From Escherichia virus TH38, in sequence record MT446410.1: a stretch of 64,000 nt of DNA; one strand, 5' to 3'. The notes under the pieces are model-generated. The model did no database searches, was not told the origin of the DNA, and saw only the letters and a program-made list of their open reading frames with translations. This document shows, piece after piece, positions 31,752 to 40,195 of this stretch (within the stretch, counting starts at the first letter, position 1; each line of letters starts with the position of its first letter). The position numbers and the translations under genes are program-made.

Positions 31752-32140
31752 CGAATCACCAAAGGCTCTTCAGAGTACACAGGAGCGGCTATTTCTACAG
31801 GAGGTGCTGCCCTAAGGTCATTAAGTCTTACGCCCTTCAGCATACCGTCTAGGTGGTCCTTTTTGGGGATTCCAACAGGGAAGTCGTCAATCCAAACATC
31901 GACGAAGAAACCTAGCTGTCGACAGACCTCATCCTTCTGTACACCATTACAAAAGATAATAGGAATCTGCAAACACTCTGCATCAATCTTAATGTCGTGG
32001 TTATCGTACCCATTAGGCTCTGCAAAGCGATAAGTTACAAAGCGTACATCGTAGCCCTTTTCTTGCATTAATGCCACCACAGAGCGCCACAGCTTTTTAT
32101 CTGAGGTGTAAGTGTCATCGTAATCTAAACCAATATTCAT
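31748..32140 (-). CDS. HAD-superfamily hydrolase (nucleotidase-like)
   Basis: N-terminal MNIGLDYDDT (DxD motif); start set at ATG 32140 with RBS aaagga. Confidence 0.45.
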   Translation of the reverse strand: MNIGLDYDDTYTSDKKLWRSVVALMQEKGYDVRFVTYRFAEPNGYDNHDIKIDAECLQIPIIFCNGVQKDEVCRQLGFFVDVWIDDFPVGIPKKDHLDGMLKGVRLNDLRAAPPVEIAAPVYSEEPLVIR

Positions 32141-32159
32141 GTCAAATCCTTTAGACAAG

Positions 32160-32185
32160 AAAAGCCGCCCGAAGGCAGCTTCTTA
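32160..32185 (-). terminator. rho-independent terminator (- strand)
   Basis: AGCTGCC-TTCG-GGCGGCT followed by TTTTCTT on - strand. Confidence 0.55.
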
Positions 32186-32186
32186 T

Positions 32187-32363
32187 TTAACTGTTCACTT
32201 TAGCTTCAAGTGTTTCGTTTTCAATACTCAAGTCAATCACTACACCAGTAAGCTCAACGACTGCTTGGCGAAGGGCATCTTTACCCATAGAGTGTACTTG
32301 AGATAAGAAGAAAGCTTTACCTTCTTCAGTGGAGAGGGTTTCTTTTAATTCAGAAGCAGTCAT
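32187..32363 (-). CDS. small hypothetical protein (58 aa)
   Basis: By-eye ORF MTASELKETL... ending just before terminator. Confidence 0.3.
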   Translation of the reverse strand: MTASELKETLSTEEGKAFFLSQVHSMGKDALRQAVVELTGVVIDLSIENETLEAKVNS

Positions 32364-32372
32364 TGATATTCC

Positions 32373-32567
32373 TTATGCTATGTTATAAATTCGCATGATT
32401 GTACCACCATTGGCTTCAATAGCAGCAACCATTTGGTTTCGTTCTTCATCCGTGTAAACTAACACACTTCTAAACTCGCCTGTTGCATCAGTATAAAGGA
32501 TGTTATATTTTGGAGGCGGTTTACGGTAAATACCTTCCATCACTCTTTCTCCTCTCGTTCTTTCCAC
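32373..32567 (-). CDS. hypothetical protein
   Basis: 64-aa ORF in operon. Confidence 0.35.
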   Translation of the reverse strand: MERTRGERVMEGIYRKPPPKYNILYTDATGEFRSVLVYTDEERNQMVAAIEANGGTIMRIYNIA

Positions 32568-32723
32568 AGTTCGGCTAGCTCTAGATAGAACTCAGCCTCA
32601 TCAGGACGACCTTGTTCATTACAGATGGCGCTCTGACGATAACACCAATCCGATGGCATCTCTTCCACTTCAATCTCCTTGTTACGAACCAATCAATAAG
32701 AATAGTTCATTCGTCTTATTTAT

Positions 32724-32918
32724 TCACTCTACCAATGCAGGTACTTCTATCCTTTTAACTGTGAATGTCTTGTTTGGAAACTTTCGAACTAGCTCTGCTG
32801 CTTTGGTTATTGCTAAGTTCTCTGTCTCAAAGATACACAGTTGACCATTTAATGCTACGAGAGTGGAGCCACCGCTGAAGACGGCCCAAGATTCATAATA
32901 ACCACGAACACTCATCAC
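32724..32918 (-). CDS. hypothetical protein
   Basis: 64-aa ORF; stop overlaps next start. Confidence 0.35.
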   Translation of the reverse strand: MMSVRGYYESWAVFSGGSTLVALNGQLCIFETENLAITKAAELVRKFPNKTFTVKRIEVPALVE

Positions 32919-33283
32919 TCAACCTCAATACTGTATAGAGTTTTCAGTGTATCTTTAATCCAAGCCCGTCGTTTTGGATTCTTATGATGTGCCCCGTTTT
33001 CCCTATCTCTAAAATATTGATCACATCCGAATGGGTATGTTGGGTCCAAAAACTTTTCTTGATTAAACATATTCTTCATGTCGTCAATATCTAAATGCTT
33101 TGTGAAATAGTAATACCTCTTATAACAGCGAAAGTTGAAGCATAATCCGTGATCTTCACTAAACCATTTTGGATAAATTCCAGTCTTAGTTATTTCATAA
33201 TATTGGAGGAGGAAATCCTCCATCCCCCTCTCTTTAGCTAAACATCTCAATGTTCTGTAGATGATATTGGTTTCTTTCATCAC
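32915..33283 (-). CDS. hypothetical protein
   Basis: 122-aa ORF immediately downstream of DNA polymerase gene. Confidence 0.4.
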   Translation of the reverse strand: MMKETNIIYRTLRCLAKERGMEDFLLQYYEITKTGIYPKWFSEDHGLCFNFRCYKRYYYFTKHLDIDDMKNMFNQEKFLDPTYPFGCDQYFRDRENGAHHKNPKRRAWIKDTLKTLYSIEVE

Positions 33284-33288
33284 TCACC

Positions 33289-35133
33289 TTAGTGTGTATG
33301 CATCCAGTTAAGTCCAATCTGACAATCAGATGCCAGAGGACATTCCATGTTCAGATACTCGCCAGCTTTCTTAACACAAAGCTCAGTGTGCTCTTTGAGT
33401 TTCTGTACATCATTACGGTTTACTGAGAATTGACCTTCATCGTGCATATCAATTACCTTAGCACAACGAACCTTATCTTTCTCAATCCACTTGTTAAGGA
33501 ACATCATAGCATATTTCATAACAACAGCACCAGCACATTGCAGGAGTGTGTTAAGGGCTTTATGAACCATAACCTTACCAGTGGCATCCCGTCTCATTGT
33601 AATCTTACGACCATCAACTCCAATCAAGTATCCTTGAGCAGCTTTCTCTGTCATACGATCAATGAGGATTGCAATACATGGGTTCTCTGCTAAGAAACGT
33701 GCTCGCATCACTGAACCTTCGTCAGCCCCACCACCTACAATTGAACCAAGCTTAGCATCGCCAGCACCGTAGTTGAATGCATAGATAAATGTCTTAGCGT
33801 TGTCACGAGTAGGAAGACCAGCAAGTTTCTGGTTGTGGGAGTGGATATCACCTTCAAGGAGAATATCACGATACATAATAGCAGAAGCTAAACCACGTTC
33901 TGCCAGAGCTTTCTTAGCTGGGTTGTTCTCTTCAATTGCTTCAGCAAGCATATCCCTACACTCTTTAATGAGGTAGTGAGCGAGCATACGAAGTTCCAGT
34001 CCAGAACCATCATACCCTAAGAATACTTCTTTACCAGCGGGTATGTAATATTTGTAAGCGCCTACAGGTTTGTCTTTCTTCCCCGGCTTACCTTTCTCGT
34101 AAATTACGTTAGTACCTTTTCGTATATAACAACCATCAGGAACAACGTTAGTAATAACGAAAGGACGAGAGTGATCACTGTCTGAGTTATAGTCAGACTC
34201 AAACAAACTGCGACACTCGTGACCAAACAGACCACGGGAGGGAATATTAACCACGATACGATGTTTGAATCGAAAAGTCGGCGTAGCGCAGCTGTTAGCT
34301 TCTGCCGAAAGTTTACCATCTTCGCGTTCCTTTGCTATGAGTCCACTGATAAGACCTAGCCTGTGAGCCGCCACAACGCGTCTCTTAAGCAAACTTCCGA
34401 CACTCCCTAGCTCACCCCCTAACCCTTCTTCAAGAGTCTCCTCGAGGTTTGTAGGAGCTGTAGGCCACTTGTTTGATGTGGCTAGTGCTTTCTTAATCTC
34501 ATCAAACGTTACAGGATTACGGCGATTAGGGTTTAATCCCAAACCAAATACGTAAGCCTTCATATAATTCTTAGTTTTAAACCTGAAATGCTTTTCTAAG
34601 AACTTCTTAATATCAGCGTCAACCATCTCGGCTGTCTGCTTCTGCTTAGCATTGCCTCGCATCCAAGCAGTATACCATGCTTGGTATGTTCCATACTTTC
34701 TCATATCTTTCTTAATTTCGAAAGTATTCCAAGGCTTCTTAGATACGTTAAACTCTGGAGGAAGAAAGCCCTCATCCATAAGAGCTTCTTTAACTCGTGC
34801 ATCTTTCGATGGGTCAAAGTCTACGTATTCGACACAGGTGAAAGCTCCACCAATATCTTCTCTCTTCAGCCCAACCCTATCACAATAGGATTGAGGCCAC
34901 TTCTGTAAAGCTCCAGACTTCTTAAATGGCTTCATATAAGTAGAGCCATCTAATCTCATCTTAGGTAAGAGAGGAATCAGTTCTTTGTCAATATTAACAA
35001 TAATCTCTTTAAGGAGGTGAACATACCACCGAGCATTTCTTCGGTTGAAACTCACTCCGTGCTTCGCTTGCTTAGAGATTATATCAGCGACAGTCATCTC
35101 TGTCAAAAATGGGAGAGCGTCCGGGTTGCTCAC
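33289..35133 (-). CDS. DNA polymerase, family A, polymerase domain only
   Basis: Motif A DGSGLELR, motif B KTFIYAFNYGAG, motif C VIDMHDEGQ; no 3'-5' exonuclease motifs in this ORF. Confidence 0.85.
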   Translation of the reverse strand: MSNPDALPFLTEMTVADIISKQAKHGVSFNRRNARWYVHLLKEIIVNIDKELIPLLPKMRLDGSTYMKPFKKSGALQKWPQSYCDRVGLKREDIGGAFTCVEYVDFDPSKDARVKEALMDEGFLPPEFNVSKKPWNTFEIKKDMRKYGTYQAWYTAWMRGNAKQKQTAEMVDADIKKFLEKHFRFKTKNYMKAYVFGLGLNPNRRNPVTFDEIKKALATSNKWPTAPTNLEETLEEGLGGELGSVGSLLKRRVVAAHRLGLISGLIAKEREDGKLSAEANSCATPTFRFKHRIVVNIPSRGLFGHECRSLFESDYNSDSDHSRPFVITNVVPDGCYIRKGTNVIYEKGKPGKKDKPVGAYKYYIPAGKEVFLGYDGSGLELRMLAHYLIKECRDMLAEAIEENNPAKKALAERGLASAIMYRDILLEGDIHSHNQKLAGLPTRDNAKTFIYAFNYGAGDAKLGSIVGGGADEGSVMRARFLAENPCIAILIDRMTEKAAQGYLIGVDGRKITMRRDATGKVMVHKALNTLLQCAGAVVMKYAMMFLNKWIEKDKVRCAKVIDMHDEGQFSVNRNDVQKLKEHTELCVKKAGEYLNMECPLASDCQIGLNWMHTH

Positions 35134-35149
35134 TTTATACTCCTTTAAA

Positions 35150-35572
35150 TTATTGGTAAAGTAAATCTGTAAATGCTTGGTTATCTTCTATCACATCTAA
35201 CACGGTAGCTTCATAACTGTAAGCCCTAACCGCCCCGTTAACAACTATCCGAGGAGTAGGTGGAGGTGGTGCATGATTAGCCCTAGCTTCACGAGGTTGC
35301 TCTCGTACTAAATGAGCCACAACCCTTTGGTTAGCGACTTCTTCTCTTTCTCGGATAGCTCTCTGGATATAAGCCAACTTCATACCCCAAGCTTCTTCAA
35401 ACTCTTGAGGGTGCTTATCACTGATAACTACATACTGACGTTCAGAGATACCAGATCGAATTTCTGATAAAAGTTCATGGAACAAGTCCAGTTCATGTTC
35501 AGTGAGATTCATTTCAATATCATCCCACTTTAGAACTAGGAAACGGTTTTGGTGTCTAGCTGGTAATGGCAT
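35150..35572 (-). CDS. hypothetical protein
   Basis: 140-aa ORF. Confidence 0.4.
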   Translation of the reverse strand: MPLPARHQNRFLVLKWDDIEMNLTEHELDLFHELLSEIRSGISERQYVVISDKHPQEFEEAWGMKLAYIQRAIREREEVANQRVVAHLVREQPREARANHAPPPPTPRIVVNGAVRAYSYEATVLDVIEDNQAFTDLLYQ

Positions 35573-35575
35573 AAC

Positions 35576-35860
35576 TCAACCTCTTGGGAATGGCATCAAA
35601 AATTCCACAGCAGATTTAATTTCATTATTGATTCTTGAATCACGATAAGAGATAAACTTACCTTTGCTATCACGTAACATCACATTAGTTCTGGCTGTTT
35701 TGTGAGGGAGTAATGTGACACTAGTTGGAATAGTATCAATCCCTACAGCGTATTTGTCAATAGTCTTACTTTCAGCCAACAGATAAGACCAAGTACGCGG
35801 TTTCTGCTCCGGGCGGTTAGGGTATGTGTCCCGAATTTGAACCATAGCTAACTTATTCAT
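35576..35860 (-). CDS. hypothetical protein, tandem paralog A
   Basis: Shares ARTNV.LR...GKFISY...A.E.L.PFP.G with next gene. Confidence 0.45.
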   Translation of the reverse strand: MNKLAMVQIRDTYPNRPEQKPRTWSYLLAESKTIDKYAVGIDTIPTSVTLLPHKTARTNVMLRDSKGKFISYRDSRINNEIKSAVEFLMPFPRG

Positions 35861-35861
35861 A

Positions 35862-36116
35862 TTAAACTCCTTTAGGGAATGGGATGAGATTTTCTACTGC
35901 AACACGGAAAGATTTTTCTACGTTCTTATTCTTATAAGAGATAAATTTTCCATCAGCTCCGCGAAGGAGTACGTTAGTGCGAGCTGTATTTGGGTTTTGT
36001 TGAATCATAGAACGAATGATGTTCTCTGAACCTCTATGCTTATTGGTGAATTTCCAACTGATAGTTTTACCGGTACGAGTTACATCAATAATATTTACAA
36101 TTTTTACAATAGACAT
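35862..36116 (-). CDS. hypothetical protein, tandem paralog B
   Basis: Paralog of 35576-35860. Confidence 0.45.
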   Translation of the reverse strand: MSIVKIVNIIDVTRTGKTISWKFTNKHRGSENIIRSMIQQNPNTARTNVLLRGADGKFISYKNKNVEKSFRVAVENLIPFPKGV

Positions 36117-36150
36117 ATTTATTACCTAAGAAATTTAATTTGGTTTATAT

Positions 36151-36180
36151 AAAAGAAAAGGCCACCCATTTGGGTAGCCT
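36151..36180 (-). terminator. rho-independent terminator (- strand)
   Basis: 9-bp stem (1 mismatch) then TTTTCTTTT on - strand. Confidence 0.6.
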
Positions 36181-36184
36181 CATA

Positions 36185-36502
36185 TTACGATGAGCTTAAA
36201 GCTCCTTTGCGTGCTCCAGCTGCTTTTCCAGCTCGATCACCACTTTTGCCGCCGTTTGAACGGTTTGAGCTGACTGATTCAACACGTAAGTTGCTTGACG
36301 CATTAGAACCTCCAGACTTGACAGCTCGTTTGTGTCCAACGTCTTTACCTCTGACAGCAGCTTTTCCATCGCGCTTTTCAACGATGCGACGTGCACGGTG
36401 GCGCTGAGCATCTCCGCTCTTGCTCCCAACGCCTGTCTCACCACGGGCAATTGCGGTACGTCTTTCTTGTGCATAATCTCTCTTTCCTACATGATCTGCC
36501 AT
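36185..36502 (-). CDS. small basic Gly/Ser/Lys/Arg-rich protein (stress-protein/KGG-like)
   Basis: Strong RBS aaggag 6 nt before ATG; TAATGTATA motif 37 nt upstream; low-complexity basic composition. Confidence 0.45.
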   Translation of the reverse strand: MADHVGKRDYAQERRTAIARGETGVGSKSGDAQRHRARRIVEKRDGKAAVRGKDVGHKRAVKSGGSNASSNLRVESVSSNRSNGGKSGDRAGKAAGARKGALSSS

Positions 36503-36538
36503 TTAAAACTCCTTAATATATCAGTGTACACTAAGGAG

Positions 36539-36547
36539 TATACATTA
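36539..36547 (-). promoter_or_regulatory. TAATGTATA promoter motif (- strand)
   Basis: Exact motif 37 nt upstream of ATG 36502. Confidence 0.4.
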
Positions 36548-36558
36548 TAAGTTACTGT

Positions 36559-37296
36559 TTAAGCTTTCTTTTCCATTGCTTTAACAATCGCCTTACAGAA
36601 ACCAGAACGAACAATATCATCTGATTCACCATCTACAATCTCAGCAAACTCATACAGATCATGTTCATCAATAAAGTTAGTAGCCCAAGTAAGACCACTC
36701 TCACGACCACGCATATCATGCTGGTTAGTATCACCCATGCAGAACAGCTGAGAGGTTTCTCCCAATCGAGTCATGATCGAGAAGGCTTCATCTTTAGTGG
36801 TGTTCTGGAATTCATCAACAATAACAATAGCATCATTGAAAGAACGACCACGGAGATATTCCAGAGGTACGAACTCAATGTTACTATTACCGAGCTGGCA
36901 TTCATAGAACCCCTTACCATATCGCTGAGTAATAACATCAATTATAGGCATCAGGTAAGGTTCAAACTTCTCACGCATTCCTCCCGGAAGTAACCCAAGA
37001 GAATTGCCCATGCCAACTGAAGGGCGACTCAGAATGATCTTCTGAATCTTACCGCTCTTCAGTGCATCAATAACTGTGGAAGTGATTACAAAGGTCTTAC
37101 CACAGCCCGCAGGAGCGTCTGTGAACACAACTTGTTTAGTCTTGATAGCATTGAGTAGCTCAGACTGAAACTGGTTCTGAGGGACTACAGGCTTTGCTAA
37201 AACCACCTCTTCATACTCTCGCTTACCCTTACGAGTAACAAGTGCTTCTCGACGAAGGTCTTTCCGTGATTCTTTCCGTGATTGACGACGACTCAT
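36559..37296 (-). CDS. phoH: PhoH-like ATPase
   Basis: Walker A DAPAGCGKTF plus LGLLPGGMREKFEPYLMP PhoH signature. Confidence 0.8.
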   Translation of the reverse strand: MSRRQSRKESRKDLRREALVTRKGKREYEEVVLAKPVVPQNQFQSELLNAIKTKQVVFTDAPAGCGKTFVITSTVIDALKSGKIQKIILSRPSVGMGNSLGLLPGGMREKFEPYLMPIIDVITQRYGKGFYECQLGNSNIEFVPLEYLRGRSFNDAIVIVDEFQNTTKDEAFSIMTRLGETSQLFCMGDTNQHDMRGRESGLTWATNFIDEHDLYEFAEIVDGESDDIVRSGFCKAIVKAMEKKA

Positions 37297-37478
37297 TTAC
37301 GCTCTCCAATTTCTTCGTAATGACACTCAGTAGTTAAACAGTCTTTACAGATTGCTGTATAAACCCTGACGTTAGTAAATCGTTTGTTCTTCCCTTTGGT
37401 TGGAGAGCCTTTGGCAAGCTCTCTGATAATCTTGTTACTTAAATGAAGGTTTGTTCCTTCACATTTAGAGCACTTCAT
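37293..37478 (-). CDS. small zinc-ribbon protein
   Basis: CSKCEG ... CKDC cysteine pairs. Confidence 0.4.
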   Translation of the reverse strand: MKCSKCEGTNLHLSNKIIRELAKGSPTKGKNKRFTNVRVYTAICKDCLTTECHYEEIGERK

Positions 37479-37794
37479 GGTTCATATCTTTATGAATCCT
37501 GTAAACAGCTGTCGCCATACAAGCAACAGCCTCATTGTGTGGGAGATGCATTCCTGTAGAACCATCCCAATCTTTGAACTCATTGTCAAAGACTCCGGTA
37601 GGCTCTGGATACAGAGCTTGCAGCTCCACTAGATCATTAGCAACTTGTTGCCATTTATCATCAGACCAGATAGGGTCATCCAACCAGTAATACAAATAGG
37701 AATGGATGATCAATTGCCTTCTATGCCGATTGATTACTTCAGCGGGACTTATTTCACTTCCATTTGAAGTCCTAAATGTATTACTGTCAATCAT
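37465..37794 (-). CDS. standalone protein resembling NAD-dependent DNA ligase domain Ia
   Basis: RQLIIHSYLYYWLDDPIWSDDKWQQVANDLVELQALYPE matches LigA N-terminal helix pattern (L..H...YY..D.P.ISD..YD.L..EL..LE..YPE). Confidence 0.4.
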   Translation of the reverse strand: MIDSNTFRTSNGSEISPAEVINRHRRQLIIHSYLYYWLDDPIWSDDKWQQVANDLVELQALYPEPTGVFDNEFKDWDGSTGMHLPHNEAVACMATAVYRIHKDMNHEVL

Positions 37795-37976
37795 TTCACA
37801 ACCTTAAATTTGAATGTTGTTGGGTGATAATAATGCAATCTATTGATAGTGTGTTTTGTTTCAAGATATATCCTGCAAGAGTGGCACATGACATGGGTCA
37901 GACCAGTTACAGGATTAGGTTTAAAGTTGGCGACAGTCTTCTCTTTATTACAGAAGCTACAGACTTTCTTTTCCAT
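37791..37976 (-). CDS. small zinc-ribbon protein
   Basis: Start at internal ATG (MEKKVCSFC...); CSFC ... CHSC. Confidence 0.35.
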   Translation of the reverse strand: MEKKVCSFCNKEKTVANFKPNPVTGLTHVMCHSCRIYLETKHTINRLHYYHPTTFKFKVVK

Positions 37977-38190
37977 CTTTTCTCCAGTGGTCAACGAATT
38001 GCTGAAACACTTTACGATCAAATGTGAAATTACGAGCAATTCCGCATTCTCTAAAAGTGGCAGGCATATAATCTACATCACCTTCAGATGTATGACCATA
38101 GACTTGAATAAGCTTCTTAATCTTATCTTTCTCTCTTCGAGGAAGCATTCTAAATGCCTCCTGAATATCTGTAATATGTTTTATCTTCAT
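37957..38190 (-). CDS. hypothetical protein
   Basis: 77-aa ORF. Confidence 0.35.
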   Translation of the reverse strand: MKIKHITDIQEAFRMLPRREKDKIKKLIQVYGHTSEGDVDYMPATFRECGIARNFTFDRKVFQQFVDHWRKDGKESL

Positions 38191-38202
38191 AAGGAATTCC
38201 TG

Positions 38203-38337
38203 CTAATCCTCTGAGTTGTGGGAACAGCAATATTCACATACTCCGCAACATGGACAAATTTCTACACTTGGGTCATATGCATCATCAACTGTCATCCCAC
38301 ACTTGGTGCAGAACACATCGTCGTCTTCTTCCAACAT
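38203..38337 (-). CDS. small Cys-rich protein (44 aa)
   Basis: By-eye ORF MLEEDDDVFCTKCGMTVDD...CPCCGVCEYCC; start overlaps upstream stop (TAATG). Confidence 0.35.
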   Translation of the reverse strand: MLEEDDDVFCTKCGMTVDDAYDPSVEICPCCGVCEYCCSHNSED

Positions 38338-38585
38338 TAATTCTCCAAACAAGAATCATTCATCAGTAGCTCCAAACTATCAAGTGTGTAGTAATAACCA
38401 AAGAATGGGGCTGTTGACTTGGAAACCTTTTTATCAAAAAGAGATTGAGAAAGATTTATTTCTACTCCAGCATCTTCAAGCTGTTGTTTTGTGGGGTATG
38501 TAATGAAAGAGCAAAGCACTTCTGTGTACTCCCCTCTGTCTGTCTCTTCAACACGACTCAGAATCCAAATACTTTTACTAGCCAT
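38337..38585 (-). CDS. hypothetical protein
   Basis: 82-aa ORF. Confidence 0.35.
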   Translation of the reverse strand: MASKSIWILSRVEETDRGEYTEVLCSFITYPTKQQLEDAGVEINLSQSLFDKKVSKSTAPFFGYYYTLDSLELLMNDSCLEN

Positions 38586-38586
38586 T

Positions 38587-39243
38587 TTAACTCTCCAAAG
38601 TTTTCTTCAGAGCTGCCCACGAGATTGGGTAGAGTTTAGCCATCTCTTCATCTAGAGATTTAGCAAACACTCGAACTTCATATTGAGCGTGAGAGGAGAG
38701 TCGCTGACGGCACAACTCAAACCAGCCATACAAAGAACCAGTCCACACCCACTCAGTGATCATCCCCTGAGGAAGAACAAATCGAGCTTGCTCTGGTGCA
38801 ATAAATTCAATCAACTTGTCATATGCTGCTAGAGAAGCTTCATATGCATCATTAATCAACATTAATGCTTCAGCTCGCTCTCCGTCGAGGAGTTGAATCC
38901 CTGAACCTGCATGGAGGTCCGAAGGTCTCGCAAAAATCTCTTTAGGGATGAAGACTTCAACTGCTCCATCTTTATACCGCCGGGACATTTCGTTCCACGA
39001 GAATCCAACCTGATGCTTGCCCAACTGTCTCGCAATTGCGATAGGTGCTTTGCATCGGAAACTGACTTGCGGGTGTCGGAATGGAGTACAGTGTTTTTCC
39101 CGTGCAAGGAAGTTGATAAGTTTTGTGTCTCTCTCATTTAAGTCGCCTTCTCGAACAACACCGAAAGATACTCTAGCTGCATTGACTACAGATTTGTCAC
39201 TACCCATTGCTTCAATCAGTGTTGCTTGTAGTTGTTCGTTCAA
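38587..39243 (-). CDS. thyX: flavin-dependent thymidylate synthase (ThyX-like)
   Basis: ThyX-like core (HCTPFRHPQVSF...ARQLGKHQVGFSWNEMSRRY); canonical RHR motif appears as KHQ. Confidence 0.65.
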   Translation of the reverse strand: MNEQLQATLIEAMGSDKSVVNAARVSFGVVREGDLNERDTKLINFLAREKHCTPFRHPQVSFRCKAPIAIARQLGKHQVGFSWNEMSRRYKDGAVEVFIPKEIFARPSDLHAGSGIQLLDGERAEALMLINDAYEASLAAYDKLIEFIAPEQARFVLPQGMITEWVWTGSLYGWFELCRQRLSSHAQYEVRVFAKSLDEEMAKLYPISWAALKKTLES

Positions 39244-39682
39244 TTAAAAGTTCCTTTTTTCGATTCATGTAAACTTGATGAGCTTCTTCGGCAGTTCCAT
39301 ACATACCTAGATGTATATCTACTTTATCAATACAAATAACAGCCCTATATCTGATAGTTCCTGATCTGTATTTGACAACCTTAACACCTTGAAGCCCTGT
39401 TTCCTTGTTTGATACTCTAGCCCCGAACTGGTTGTGGCAGTTTGTCGAGGTGTCCACCAATCTCAAGTTCTGTATTGAGTTGTTCTTCTTATTTCTATCG
39501 ATATGATCTATCTGAGAAGAAGGCCATTCTCCATAATAAAAGAACCATGCCACTTTATGAGCTTTGTGTACTTTCCCTTTAAACCGCAGGGTTATGTACT
39601 TACTTCGAGTTCCTCCTAATTTCTTACCTTTTCGAAAGAACTCTCCAGTCTCAGGGATATACTCTAAATCATCGATTACCAT
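39212..39682 (-). CDS. HNH homing endonuclease with AP2-like DNA-binding domain
   Basis: KAHKVAWFFYYGEWP...IDHIDRNKKNNSIQNLRL HNH_3 motif and AP2-like YRAVICID...LGMYGTAEEA; inserted between thyX and thioredoxin. Confidence 0.7.
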   Translation of the reverse strand: MVIDDLEYIPETGEFFRKGKKLGGTRSKYITLRFKGKVHKAHKVAWFFYYGEWPSSQIDHIDRNKKNNSIQNLRLVDTSTNCHNQFGARVSNKETGLQGVKVVKYRSGTIRYRAVICIDKVDIHLGMYGTAEEAHQVYMNRKKELLIERTTTSNTD

Positions 39683-39947
39683 TCAGAGCTGTATCTAAAA
39701 ATGCTTTCAGGTTTGCTTCAGTCTGCATACCAGAGAGGCTGTAGTGTGTACCGCTGTTACGGTCAGGCACAACGAAAGCAGGGATACTTCGTACACCATA
39801 CTTAACAGCTTGTTCACGACCATCACCTTCAAGGATGTTAATCTCTTCCACTTCTACATCAAACTCCTTAACAACCTTCTCAAAGGTAGGAGCCATTGCT
39901 TTACATGGAGCACACTGATCGCTATAAAACTTAATTACTTTAGACAT
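39669..39947 (-). CDS. thioredoxin
   Basis: CAPC active site in thioredoxin-fold context (FYSDQCAPCKAMAP). Confidence 0.85.
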   Translation of the reverse strand: MSKVIKFYSDQCAPCKAMAPTFEKVVKEFDVEVEEINILEGDGREQAVKYGVRSIPAFVVPDRNSGTHYSLSGMQTEANLKAFLDTALNGNR

Positions 39948-39955
39948 GTAAATCC

Positions 39956-40135
39956 TTATGCAGTCAAGAGGTGAAGCAGGAACGGGATAACAACAGCTAC
40001 GATAACCATGATAGTTGATGCTGTTTGAATCTCACCTTTCTTATCAGGAGTTTCTTCAATAAGCTTACCAGAAGCCCAATAAATACCACCACCAATAAAG
40101 ATAGCCCAAATACCCCATACGATTGCTGATAACAT
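39956..40135 (-). CDS. small two-TM membrane protein (59 aa)
   Basis: By-eye ORF MLSAIVWGIWAIFIGGGIYWASGKL...MVIVAVVIPFLLHLL; RBS aagga. Confidence 0.4.
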   Translation of the reverse strand: MLSAIVWGIWAIFIGGGIYWASGKLIEETPDKKGEIQTASTIMVIVAVVIPFLLHLLTA

Positions 40136-40195
40136 ATATCTATATCCTTATAAATAAGTTCTCCCCACCTCGGGTTAGGAGACAGGGCGGAGGTT

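Noticed and set aside
36196-36474. 92-aa helical ORF fully overlapping the basic-protein ORF
   Set aside because: Not annotated as a feature because the overlapping frame has the strong RBS; kept as a finding because it cannot be excluded
38216-38503. Listed + strand 95-aa ORF
   Set aside because: Antisense to consecutive - strand genes; Ser/Asn-rich low-complexity translation
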